A stretch of DNA of 64,000 nt, from positions 1,120,001 to 1,184,000 of the forward strand of contig CAVUKB010000005.1 of assembly GCA_963741955.1 (NCBI GenBank), read 5' to 3'. The notes under the pieces are model-generated. The model was not told the DNA's origin. It was given only the letters and a program-made list of their open reading frames with translations, and ran no database searches. Shown here piece after piece: positions 36,771 through 48,200 of this stretch; within the stretch, counting starts at the first letter, position 1; every line of letters begins with the position of its first letter. Made by a program: the position numbers and the translations under genes. The DNA is from an uncultured Acidobacteriota bacterium (GTDB lineage Bacteria; Acidobacteriota; Thermoanaerobaculia; Gp7-AA8).

Positions 36771-39302
36771 ATGCGTGTCTACAAGTTCGGCGGCGTGGCC
36801 GTCGGTTCGGTCGAGGCGGTGCATACCGCCGCAGCGCACGTCGAGCGCGCGGGAGCGCCGCTCGTGGTCGTCGTCTCCGCGATGAACGGAGTCACCGACC
36901 TCCTTCTCTCCTGCGCCGAATCGGCCCTGAAGCAGGATCGCGGCGGGTGGGTCGCGGCGGCGCAGCGCTTCGAATCGCGTCACCTGGAACTCCTTCGAGC
37001 TCTCGAGCTCCGCCACCCGCGGATCGATCCTCTCGCGACCCTGATCACCGAAGCGACGCGCGAGCTCCGCTCGATGTGCGAGAGCATCTCCGTCCTCGGC
37101 GAGCTGACGCCGCGTGCCCGCGACACCGTCGCCGCGCGCGGCGAACGCCTCCTCGCCAGGATCTTCGCCGAAGTTCTCGAGGAGCGCGGCACGGCGTCCG
37201 CCTATCTCGATGCCACGGATCTGATCTTCACCGAGCATCGGCTCGGGGGGCTCTGGCCGAACTTCCCGCGCTGTGAGCGCGCCACGAAACGCATCGTCGC
37301 TCCCCTTCTCGCGGAGGGGCGCGTGGTCGTCGTTCCCGGATACCTCGGACGCGGACCCGACGGAGAGCTCGTCACTCTGGGGCGCGGCGGCTCCGATTTT
37401 TCCGCCGCGATCCTCGGTCGGAGTCTCCATGCTGAAGAAGTGACCCTCTTCAAAGAGGTCGACGGCATCATGACCGCCGACCCCACCAGCGTTCCGAACG
37501 CCCGGCTCCTCCCCGAGCTTCACTATCGCGAAGCGGCGGAGCTCGCGTTCTACGGCGCGAAGGTGCTCCACCCGCGCACTCTGATTCCACTCGCCGACCG
37601 GCGCATTCCTCTCCGCGTACGCAACGCGTTCCAGGCCGAATCCACCGGCAGCCGCATTGCGAGCGACGTCCTCCCGGGCGACTATCCCGTCCGTGCACTC
37701 ACCGCGATCCACCGCCAGGCGCTCATCTCCATCGAGGGGAGCGGAATGATGGGCGTTCCCGGCGTTGCGGGGCGCGCGTTCTCCACCCTCTCCCAGGCCG
37801 GTCACTCCGTCTCCATGATCAGCCAGGCATCGAGCGAGTCGAGCATCTGCCTCGTTCTGCCGGAGTCGGAAGCGGCCCACGCGGTCGTCGCTCTCGAGAG
37901 CGCGTTCGAGGCGGAGCGGCGCCTGAAGCTCGTCGAGCGGATCCGCGCCGAGAAGAGAATCGCCCTGATCGCCGTTGTCGGCCTCGGCATGCGCGGACGC
38001 CCCGGCATCGCCGCCCGCACGTTCTCCTCCCTCAGCGGGGAACGGGTGAACGTGATTGCAATCGCTCAAGGGTCGTCGGAACTGAACATCACCGTCGCAG
38101 TCTCGGAAGAGGACGCGGCGCGCGCGCTGCGCGGACTCCACACCGAGTTTCAACTCGATCGGATCCGCCCCCTCGCCGACGTCTCCGGTCGCGAATCGAA
38201 GCTCACGCTCCTCGGGTTCGGCCAGATCGGACGCGCTCTCGCCTCGCAGCTCATCAGTCAGGAGAAACATCTGCGCCACGAGCTCAGCGCCGATCTTCAG
38301 GTCATCGCGGTCGCGGATCGCTCGGGGATACGGATCGACGAGAAGGGGTTCTCCGCCACCGCTCTGCAGAAGATGGCGCGTCGGAAAGCGGCGGGAGGGA
38401 AACTGTTCGACCGCGACTCGCCACTGACACTGCAACAGATCCAGGAGCTGATGCGGAAGGAGCTGTGGCTTCTCCCGTCCCACCGCCCCATCCTCGTCGA
38501 CCTCACCTCCGAAGAGACGGCGCCGCTGATCCAGGAAGCGCTCGAGCGCGGATTCCACGTCGTCCTCGCGAACAAGAAACCGCTGGCCGTTCCGCAGATC
38601 GAGTTCGACCGGATGATGCAGACGGCGAAGGAACGGGGCCTGTCGCTCCGTTACGAGGCGACCGCCGGCGCGGGACTCCCCGTGCTCGATACGCTGGCGA
38701 AGCTCCGCGAATCGGGCGATCGCGTCGAGACGATCCTCGGCTGCTTCTCCGGAACCCTCGGCTTTCTCATGAGCGCGCTGGAAGACGGTGTTCCGTTCGC
38801 CGACGCGGTGAAGAAGGCGTGGAAGCTCGGCTACACAGAGCCGGATCCACGAGAGGATCTTTCCGGGATGGACGTCGCGCGCAAGGCGCTGATCCTCGCG
38901 CGCACGCTCGGACGCCGGGTGGAGATCTCGGACATCACGCTCGAACCGTTGTTCGGTCCCGAGCTCGACGATCCGGATCCTGAAACGTTCATCGAAAACC
39001 TCAGAAGTCTCGACGACGTCTACCGACGCCGGCTCGAGAAGGCACGCCGGGAGAAGAAGGTCCTTCGCTACGTCGCACGCATCGGACGACGGGCGATCCG
39101 CGTCGGGATCGACGCCCTTCCGGAGAGCTCGCCGATGGGTCGCCTCCGCGGAACGGACAATCAGGTCGTGATTCACTCGCGGCGATACAAGACGAATCCG
39201 CTCATCGTGACCGGACCCGGCGCGGGAGCAGACGTCACTGCGGCCGGCGTCCTCAACGACATCGTGGCCATCACCACCGAGGAGCGGAGGCGGGTGCGTT
39301 GA
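36771..39302 (+). CDS. thrA: Bifunctional aspartokinase/homoserine dehydrogenase
   Basis: KFGG, VVVVSAM, TLGRGGSDFSA, two ACT domains, GFGQIG, ANKKP, YEATAGAGLPV, GPGAG. Confidence 0.95.
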   Translation: MRVYKFGGVAVGSVEAVHTAAAHVERAGAPLVVVVSAMNGVTDLLLSCAESALKQDRGGWVAAAQRFESRHLELLRALELRHPRIDPLATLITEATRELRSMCESISVLGELTPRARDTVAARGERLLARIFAEVLEERGTASAYLDATDLIFTEHRLGGLWPNFPRCERATKRIVAPLLAEGRVVVVPGYLGRGPDGELVTLGRGGSDFSAAILGRSLHAEEVTLFKEVDGIMTADPTSVPNARLLPELHYREAAELAFYGAKVLHPRTLIPLADRRIPLRVRNAFQAESTGSRIASDVLPGDYPVRALTAIHRQALISIEGSGMMGVPGVAGRAFSTLSQAGHSVSMISQASSESSICLVLPESEAAHAVVALESAFEAERRLKLVERIRAEKRIALIAVVGLGMRGRPGIAARTFSSLSGERVNVIAIAQGSSELNITVAVSEEDAARALRGLHTEFQLDRIRPLADVSGRESKLTLLGFGQIGRALASQLISQEKHLRHELSADLQVIAVADRSGIRIDEKGFSATALQKMARRKAAGGKLFDRDSPLTLQQIQELMRKELWLLPSHRPILVDLTSEETAPLIQEALERGFHVVLANKKPLAVPQIEFDRMMQTAKERGLSLRYEATAGAGLPVLDTLAKLRESGDRVETILGCFSGTLGFLMSALEDGVPFADAVKKAWKLGYTEPDPREDLSGMDVARKALILARTLGRRVEISDITLEPLFGPELDDPDPETFIENLRSLDDVYRRRLEKARREKKVLRYVARIGRRAIRVGIDALPESSPMGRLRGTDNQVVIHSRRYKTNPLIVTGPGAGADVTAAGVLNDIVAITTEERRRVR

Positions 39303-40213
39303 ATCGTGCGACCGTCTTCGTGCCCGGTTCCATCGGAAACGTCGGTCCGGGCTTCGACGTGCTGGGTCTGGCGATCGGAGGAATCGGCGATCGCGTGACG
39401 GTGGAACTGACGGACGGGCCCGCGCGGATCGAAGAGATCAGCGGCCGCGACGCCGCGCTGCTCCCACGCGAACCGGAGCGGAACACGGCGTCGATCGCCG
39501 CCGCAGCGTGGCTGCGACGGGCCGGCGTGAACAAGAATCCGATCGTATCCATCTGCAAGTCCCTCCCGCTCGCAGGGGGAATGGGAGGGAGCGCCGCGAG
39601 CAGCGTCGGCGGGGCGTACGCCGCAACGCTCGCCGCTGGAGCAGCGGTCGACACGAACGAGATCATGGCCGCCGCGCTCGAAGCGGAGGAAGTCGTCGCG
39701 GGGCGCCATCTCGACAACATCGCGCCGTCGACGCTGGGCGGGCTCTGTCTGGTGCGAGGCGTCGATCCGGTCGACGTGATCTCGGTCGCCGCTCCCGAAT
39801 CGTGGCGCGTGGCGCTGGTCACTCCCCGCGTACGCATCTCCACGCGCGACGCGCGCGGAGTTCTCCCGGAGCAGTGGGACAGCGCCTCGTGGATCCAGCA
39901 GATGGCGAATACCGCCGCACTTCTCTACGCGTTCACCATCGCGGACGAAGATCTCGTCTCTCGTGCTCTCGACGACCTCTATGCCGAGCCGCGACGTGCA
40001 GCGCTGATCCCATCCTTCCACGAGATCAAGCGCGCCGCGCTCGCAAACGGAGCATTCGGCTGCTCGATCAGCGGATCGGGACCGACCGTCTTCGCCATTG
40101 CATCGGAGCGACGGGTCTCGCAGTGTGCAGCCGCGATGAAGAACGCACTCGGGGGCGTCGAAGGCGACGTACACGTGACCTCGATCGCACGCGAAGGAGC
40201 TCGGAGAGTATGA
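39299..40213 (+). CDS. thrB: Homoserine kinase
   Basis: NVGPGFDVLGLA, PLAGGMGGSAAS (GHMP motif), HLDN, ISGSGPT. Confidence 0.94.
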   Translation: MNRATVFVPGSIGNVGPGFDVLGLAIGGIGDRVTVELTDGPARIEEISGRDAALLPREPERNTASIAAAAWLRRAGVNKNPIVSICKSLPLAGGMGGSAASSVGGAYAATLAAGAAVDTNEIMAAALEAEEVVAGRHLDNIAPSTLGGLCLVRGVDPVDVISVAAPESWRVALVTPRVRISTRDARGVLPEQWDSASWIQQMANTAALLYAFTIADEDLVSRALDDLYAEPRRAALIPSFHEIKRAALANGAFGCSISGSGPTVFAIASERRVSQCAAAMKNALGGVEGDVHVTSIAREGARRV

Positions 40214-41415
40214 GTGAGTGGCTCGAATGCGGCAGCTGCCGGAAGGAGTTCGACCTGACGGAGAATCGCGTGACGTGCGATTGCGACGGACTCCTCGCGG
40301 TCACACGCGACCGGATTCCGGCGGGACCCGAGAAGTTCGACGCTCGCCGCGCGTCGCGACGCAACGTCGACCAGAGCGGCGTGTGGCGATTCCGGGAAGG
40401 GGTTCTGGACGTCGCCGAGACTCTGATCGTCACCCATCCCGAAGGAGCCACGAGACTCTACGAACGCGAAGGAATCTTCTTCAAACACGAAGGGGAGAAT
40501 CCAACCGGATCGTTCAAGGATCGCGGGATGACGGTCGCGGTCACTCAGGCGGTTCGGCTCGGGGCGCGCGCGGTCGCCTGCGCCTCGACCGGAAACACCA
40601 GCGCGTCGCTCGCAGCGTATGCGGCGCAGGCCGGGCTGCAGGCGATCGTCTTCGTTCCGGCGGGGAAGATCTCCGCGGGAAAGCTCGCCCAGACCCTCGC
40701 GTACGGAGCGAAGTGTCTCGCCGTACGCGGCGACTTCGACGCAGCGATGCAGCTCGTCCGTGAGGTCACCGCTCAGCGCGGCATCCACCTTCTCAACTCG
40801 ATCAATCCGTTCCGCATCGAAGGCCAGAAGACGATCGTCTGGGAGCTCCTGCAGGATCTCGAATGGAACGCTCCCGACTGGATCGTCGTCCCCGCCGGAA
40901 ACCTCGGCAATACCAGCGCATTCGGCAAGGCGCTGCGAGAAGCATTCGAAGCGGGATGGATCGCGCGGCTGCCGCGCCTCGCCTCGATCCAGGCGAGTGG
41001 CGCCAATCCCTTCTTCCGCGGGTTCCGCGAGGCGTTCGCGAACAGGCATCGGGTGAACGCGGAGACGGTCGCCACCGCGATCCGGATCGGGAACCCGGTC
41101 AGCTGGGATCGTGCGGTGGAATCGATCCGTTTCACGCACGGAGTGGTCGAAGAGGTGACCGACCGCGAGCTGATGGAAGCGAAGCGGGCGATCGACCGGA
41201 TGGGCATCGGATGCGAGCCTGCCTCCGCGTGCACGCTGGCCGGAGTGCGGAAACTGCGTGCGGCGGGAGTGATGCGCGAAGGCGAGCGCGTCGTGTGCGT
41301 CCTGACCGGACATCTGCTGAAGGATACCGGCGCGGTGATGCAGAACGTCGGCCCGGATCAGATCGTGGAGATCGACCCGACCCTCGAGTCTTTCGAGCGC
41401 GCGGTGGTCCTGTAG
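40210..41415 (+). CDS. thrC: Threonine synthase
   Basis: KHEGENPTGSFKDRG, CASTGNTSAS, EGQKT, PAGNLGN, TGHLLKD. ATGA overlap with thrB. Confidence 0.94.
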   Translation: MSEWLECGSCRKEFDLTENRVTCDCDGLLAVTRDRIPAGPEKFDARRASRRNVDQSGVWRFREGVLDVAETLIVTHPEGATRLYEREGIFFKHEGENPTGSFKDRGMTVAVTQAVRLGARAVACASTGNTSASLAAYAAQAGLQAIVFVPAGKISAGKLAQTLAYGAKCLAVRGDFDAAMQLVREVTAQRGIHLLNSINPFRIEGQKTIVWELLQDLEWNAPDWIVVPAGNLGNTSAFGKALREAFEAGWIARLPRLASIQASGANPFFRGFREAFANRHRVNAETVATAIRIGNPVSWDRAVESIRFTHGVVEEVTDRELMEAKRAIDRMGIGCEPASACTLAGVRKLRAAGVMREGERVVCVLTGHLLKDTGAVMQNVGPDQIVEIDPTLESFERAVVL

Positions 41416-41458
41416 AGCGTCATGGTCTCGCGGTCCAGGCGGACGGCCCTTGCGCCTC

Positions 41459-41506
41459 ACTCTGCAGCACAAAGCTCTTGACGAAAAATCGAGCCGGCTC
41501 CAAGAT
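41459..41506 (+). promoter_or_regulatory. Palindromic operator plus sigma70-like promoter
   Basis: ACTCTG-CAGCA-CAAAGC (41459-41475) abuts TTGACG-N17-CAAGAT. GTG start lies 6 nt after the -10 box. Confidence 0.55.
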
Positions 41507-41512
41507 GGAGCC

Positions 41513-42109
41513 GTGGCGAGCACTCCGGAACGTCCCCCGACTTTGCACGAACATGCGGCGGACAATCTCCGTTTCATCCGCGAGGCGATGGCCAGGGCGG
41601 GGACATTCACCGCGGTGCCGGGCCGCGGAATCGTGCTGGTCGGATCGACTGCGCTCATCGCTGCCTGGATTGCACACACTCAGCCCACCCCGCTCCGATG
41701 GATGACCGTCTGGCTGGTCGAGCTGGCGATCGCAGAGATCCTCGGCATCGGCGGAATCGTCCTGAAGGCACGCAGTACCGGTCTCGGGCTTCTCGCTGCG
41801 CCGGTGCGTCGATTCGCACTCGCGTTCATCCCTCCTCTGGTAGTCGGCGGTCTCCTCACCCTGGTGATGTGGAACGGCGGCGACACGACATCGATCGGGC
41901 CGATGTGGCTCCTCCTCTACGGGGCCGCAGTGATGACCGGCGGAGCGCTCTCGGTCCGGGTGGTTCCGTTCATGGGATTGACGATTCTTCTGACCGGATG
42001 CGCCGCGCTCGTCTTCTCCGCCGCGCCGGTGGACTTGTTCATGGCAATCGGATTCGGTCTGGTGCAGGTCGCGTTCGGCCTGCGTATCGCGAGGAGGTAT
42101 GGTGGCTAA
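41513..42109 (+). CDS. Integral membrane protein co-transcribed with a wHTH regulator
   Basis: AADNLRFIREAM, about six TM helices, FGLRIARRYGG. Overlaps the next gene. Confidence 0.8.
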   Translation: MASTPERPPTLHEHAADNLRFIREAMARAGTFTAVPGRGIVLVGSTALIAAWIAHTQPTPLRWMTVWLVELAIAEILGIGGIVLKARSTGLGLLAAPVRRFALAFIPPLVVGGLLTLVMWNGGDTTSIGPMWLLLYGAAVMTGGALSVRVVPFMGLTILLTGCAALVFSAAPVDLFMAIGFGLVQVAFGLRIARRYGG

Positions 42110-42485
42110 GAGATCGGCGGCAAAGTCGAAAGCGCCAGCAGCATCGACCAGACGGCGGAGCCTGTCGGCGGTTCACGGTGAGGCGATCGCTTCCGCGCCG
42201 GAGCTCGACCGGCTGATCCACGAACGGCTGCGGCTCGGAATCGTCAGCGCTCTCGCGGTCAACGACAGCCTCACCTTCGGCGAGCTGAAGGATCTTCTCG
42301 ACACGTCCGACGGAAACCTCAGCGTTCACGCCCGGAAGCTGGAGGACGCCGGCTACGTCTCCTGCAGCAAGAGCTTCCAGGGAAGGTTGCCGAGGACCGA
42401 GTACCGTCTCACCGCCGCCGGACGCCGCGCTCTGGAGCGATACCTCGGGCACATGGAGTCGATCATCCAGGCGGTCACCGGGTAA
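42099..42485 (+). CDS. Winged-helix transcriptional regulator (HTH_34 type)
   Basis: LDRLIHERLRLGIVSAL...TFGELKDLLDTSDGNLSVHARKLEDAGYV...PRTEYRLTAAGR. Confidence 0.92.
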   Translation: MVAKRSAAKSKAPAASTRRRSLSAVHGEAIASAPELDRLIHERLRLGIVSALAVNDSLTFGELKDLLDTSDGNLSVHARKLEDAGYVSCSKSFQGRLPRTEYRLTAAGRRALERYLGHMESIIQAVTG

Positions 42486-42489
42486 CTTC

Positions 42490-43168
42490 CGCGATCCTCG
42501 CGAGCGCGGCTTCGCCTCGGCCAAAGACACCGGGCCGGTTCGCTCGTCTGCACCCCCCAGCGAGACAGGATCTCCGAGGGGTGCGGATCCTCTGATCCGC
42601 CGCGAGGATCGGGTCGAAGCCGACGAAGACGAAGGCTGCGGTGATACGCGGAGCGTCGGCGAAACGCGATCCTCGCGAGAGCGGCTTCGCCTCGGCCAAA
42701 GACACCGTCCCATTTCGCTCGAACGCGATTTACGCGGCAGATCGGAGGATCTGCCGCGAGGATCGGGTCGAAGCCGACGAAGACCGAGACTATGGCTCTG
42801 TGCGGAGCGTCGGTCGCCATGCGCGATCCTCGCGAGAGCGGCTTCGCCTCGGCCAAAGACACCGTCCCATTTCGCTCGAACGCGATCTACGCGGCAGATC
42901 GGAGGATCTGCACCCCCCACAATCTGCAGGGCTCCCGAGGGGCGCAGATCCTCTGATCTGCCGCGAGGATCGGGTCGAAGCCGACGAAGACCGAGACTAT
43001 GGCTCTGTGCGGAGCGTCGGTCGCCATGCGCGATCCTCGCAAGAGCGGCTTCGCCTCGGCCAAAGACACCGTCCCATTTCGCTCGAACGCGATCTACGCG
43101 GCAGATCGGAGGATCTGCACCCCCCGGAATCTCGAGGGATCTCCGAGGGGCGAGGATCGGGTCGAAGA
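42490..43168. repeat. Four tandem ~160-210 bp palindromic units
   Basis: cgcgatcctcgc..gcggcttcgcctcggccaaagacacc at about 42490, 42665, 42822 and 43030, each closed by the inverted arm cgaggatcg. Confidence 0.9.
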
Positions 43169-43188
43169 ACCACGTGACTTCGGCCTGG

Positions 43189-43205
43189 ACTTTGCAGTAT
43201 AAAGT
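43189..43205 (+). promoter_or_regulatory. Palindromic operator upstream of the cis-prenyltransferase
   Basis: ACTTT-GCAGTAT-AAAGT, 5 nt before ATG 43211. Similar to the site at 41459-41475. Confidence 0.55.
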
Positions 43206-43210
43206 ACTTC

Positions 43211-44069
<859 letters not shown>

Positions 44070-44083
<14 letters not shown>

Positions 44084-45236
44084 CGTTCTCATCGCCGGCG
44101 CCGGACTGGCGGGACTCGAGCTTGCGCGGCAGCTCGCCCGGCGTGGTCTCGACGTCGTGCTTGCAGAACGAAAACGCGACCCGGGATCGAAGGTTCAGAC
44201 CACCGGTATCTTCGTCCGCCGCACCTTCGACGAGCTCGATCTTCCTCCCCGCTGTCTCGGCGTCCCGATCCGCACGGTCACGCTCTACTCTCCTTCGCGG
44301 CGGCGAAGACTCACTCTTCGAAGCGCGAAGGACGAATTCCGGATCGGACGGATGCCGGAGCTCTACCGGCATCTCCTCCGTTCCTGCGTCGAGCTCGGAG
44401 TCCGGTTCCTCCCCTCCACGAGCTACGCCGGGGTGACGACCGGACCGTCGGGATCCACCGTTCGGCTCGAGACATCCGATGGAGCGACGACTCTCGATGT
44501 CGCGGTTCTCGTCGGAGCCGACGGCGCGCGCTCCCGCGTCGCTGCGGATCTCGGGCTCGACGTCAACCGCCGCTTTCTCGCAGGTGTGGAAGAGGTCTTT
44601 CCCGATCCTCTCGCCGACGCGGAACCGGAGCTCCACTGCTTTCTCGATCCACACCTTGCACCCGGCTATCTCGCATGGATCGCGAGAGACGGAGGAGAAG
44701 TCCACGTCGGACTCGCGGGTCATTCCGCTCGGTTCGATCCCTCATACGCGTTGCGCGCCTTCCTCCCCATCGCGGCGGAATTCGTCCCGTTCGACTCCGC
44801 CGCACGGATCGAACGTCGCGGAGGGTTGATTCCGGTCGGAGGAATTCACCGGCGGATTGCGAACCGTCACGGCCTGCTGGTCGGAGACGCGGCGGGAGCG
44901 GTCTCGCCTCTCACCGCCGGAGGACTCGACGCATGCATGCGCATGCCGTCGCATGTCGCGGATCTCATCGAGCTGTCCATCCTTAACGGCGACCGGAGAT
45001 CGATCGAGCGTTTCCATGGGCGGGAACTGCGCGCCCGCTTCGCTTCGAGACTCTGGATGCGTCGCGTCCTCGACTTCGCATCATCCTCCGTCGCCCTTAC
45101 CGAGCTCGGATCCGCGCTCCTCACCGCAGCGCCATTCAGAGCGATCGCGCGGCACGTCTTCTTCGGACGAAGCTCGTTTCCCGATCGCGACGCGAAGCTC
45201 GGGGCCCGAGGCTCGAGGCTGGGGGCTCGAGGCTAG
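44070..45236 (+). CDS. FAD-dependent oxidoreductase, geranylgeranyl reductase family
   Basis: [43 protein letters not shown]. Confidence 0.85.
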
Positions 45237-45253
45237 AGTCGTGAGGCTCGAGA

Positions 45254-48200
45254 CGTCCGCTCCCGCAGCCGCAGTCCATCCGCTCTCGCGAGGGTCGCGC
45301 TCCCCTCTCCCCGTCCGCAATCGAACATCTTCAGCCCGAAATCGCCATTCGGGGAGAGGGGCCAGAGGGTGAGGGGAAGTTCGCCGCGCAAGATGCGGTG
45401 ACTGATGAATTGCGAGAACTGCGCACCGTGTCATCGCACGATCTCCGCGACTGACTTTCAGGGTTGCCCCTCACCCTTCCCTCTCCCCGAACTTCGGTTC
45501 TCGACTGAAGTTCATGAGTGCGGACGGGGAGAGGGTCAGGTCTACGTAACACCCAAGCGTCGGCGTCCGCTCCCGCAGCCGCAGTCCATCCGCTCTCGCG
45601 AGGTCGCGCTCCCCTCTCCCCGTCCGCAATCGAACATCTTCAGCCCGAAATCGCCATTCGGGGAGAGGGGCCAGGGGGTGAGGGGAAGCTCGCCGCGCAA
45701 GATGCGGTGACTGATGAATTGCGAGAACTGCGTGACGTGTCATCGCACGATCTCCGCGACGAACTTTCAGGGTTGCCCCTCACCCTTCCCTCTCCCCGAA
45801 TTTCGGTCCGCCGACTGAAGTTCATGAGTGCGGACGGGGAGAGGGTCAGGTCTACGTAACACCCAAGCGTCGGCGTCCGCTCCCGCAGCCGCAGTCCATC
45901 CGCTCTCGCGAGGGTCGCGCTCCCCTCTCCCCGTCCGCAATCGAACATCTTCAGCCCGAAATCGCCATTCGGGGAGAGGGGCCAGGGGGTGAGGGGAAGT
46001 TCGCCGCGCAAGATGCGGTGACTGATGAATTGCGAGAGCTGCGTGACGTGTCATCGCACGATCTCCGCGACGAACTTTCAGCGTTGCCCCTCACCCTTCC
46101 CTCTCCCCGAACTTCGGTTCGCCGACTGAAGTTCATGAGTGCGGACGGGGAGAGGGTGCTGCCGCGCGAGAGCGAAGAGCTTCGGCTGAAGGGAGAACGC
46201 TCGAGAAGGACGGCCGCGTCGACAATACTCACGAGGGGAGAGGGTCAGGTCTACGCAATACCCACCCTTGGGGCGTCCGCTCCCGCAGCCGCAGTCCATC
46301 CGCTCTCGCGAGGTCGCGCTCCCCTCTCCCCGTCCGCAATCGAACATCTTCAGCCCGAAATCGCCATTCGGGGAGAGGGGCCAGGGGGTGAGGGGAAGCT
46401 CGCCGCGCAAGATGCGGTGACTGATGAATTGCGAGAACTGCGTGACGTGTCATCGCACGATCTCCGCGACGAACTTTCAGGGTTGCCCCTCACCCTTCCC
46501 TCTCCCCGAATTTCGGTCCGCCGACTGAAGTTCATGAGTGCGGACGGGGAGAGGGTGCTGCCGCGCGAGAGCGAAGAGCTTCGGCTGAAGGGAGAACGCT
46601 CGAGAAGGACGGCCGCGTCGACAATACTCACGAGGGGAGAGGGTCAGGTCTACGCAACACCCAAGCGTCGGCGTCCGCTCCCGCAGCCGCAGTCCATCCG
46701 CTCTCGCGAGGTCGCGCTCCCCTCTCCCCGTCCGCAATCGAACATCTTCAGCCCGAAATCGCCATTCGGGGAGAGGGGCCAGGGGGTGAGGGGAAGTTCG
46801 CCGCGCAAGATGCGGTGACTGATGAATTGCGAGAACTGCGCACCGTGTCATCGCACGATCTCCGCGACGAACTTTCAGGGTTGCCCCTCACCCTTCCCTC
46901 TCCCCGAACTTCGGTCCTCGACTGAAGTTCATGAGTGCGGACGGGGAGAGGGTTAGGTCTACGTAACGTCCGCTCCCGCAGCCGCAGTCCATCCGCTCTC
47001 GCGAGGTCGCGCTCCCCTCTCCCCGTCCGCAATCGAACATCTTCAGCCCGAAATCGCCATTCGGGGAGAGGGGCCAGGGGGTGAGGGGAAGCTCGCCGCG
47101 CAAGATGCGGTGACTGATGAATTGCGAGAACTGCGCACCGTGTCATCGCACGATCTCCGCGACGAACTTTCAGGGTTGCCCCTCACCCTTCCCTCTCCCC
47201 GAACTTCGGTCCTCGACTGAAGTTCATGAGTGCGGACGGGGAGAGGGTTAGGTCTACGTAACGTCCGCTCCCGCAGCCGCAGTCCATCCTCACTCGCGAG
47301 GGTCGCGCTCCCCTCTCCCCGTCCGCAATCGAACATCTTCAGCCCGAAATCGCCATTCGGGGAGAGGGGCCAGGGGGTGAGGGGAAGCTCGCCGCGCAAG
47401 ATGCGGTGACTGATGAATTCCGAGAGCTGCGCACCGTGTCATCGCACGATCTCCGCGACGAACTTTCAGGGTTGCCCCTCACCCTTCCCTCTCCCCGAAC
47501 TTCGGTTCTCGACTGAAGTTCATGAGTGCGGACGGGGAGAGGGTTAGGTCTACGCAATACCCACCCTTGGGGCGTCCGCTCCCGCAGCCGCAGTCCATCC
47601 GCTCTCGCGAGGTCGCGCTCCCCTCTCCCCGTCCGCAATCGAACATCTTCAGCCCGAAATCGCCATTCGGGGAGAGGGGCCAGAGGGTGAGGGGAAGCTC
47701 GCCGCGCAAGATGCGGTGACTGATGAATTGCGAGAACTGCGTGACGTGTCATCGCACGATCTCCGCGACGAACTTTCAGCGTTGCCCCTCACCCTTCCCT
47801 CTCCCCGAACTTCGGTTCGCCGACTGAAGTTCATGAGTGCGGACGGGGAGAGGGTTAGGTCTACGTAACGTCCGCTCCCGCAGCCGCAGTCCATCCTCTC
47901 TCGCGAGGGTCGCGCTCCCCTCTCCCCGTCCGCAATCGAACATCTTCAGCCCGAAATCGCCATTCGGGGAGAGGGGCCAGGGGGTGAGGGGAAGTTCGCC
48001 GCGCAAGATGCGGTGACTGATGAATTGCGAGAACTGCGCACCGTGTCATCGCACGATCTCCGCGACGAACTTTCAGGGTTGCCCCTCACCCTTCCCTCTC
48101 CCCGAACTTCGGTTCTCGACTGAAGTTCATGAGTGCGGACGGGGAGAGGGTGCTGCCGCGCGAGAGCGAAGAGCTTCGGCTGAAGGGAGAACGTGCGAGA

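Noticed and set aside
36393-39176. 927-aa minus-strand ORF
   Set aside because: Antisense shadow of thrA caused by GC-rich codon bias, with no motifs.
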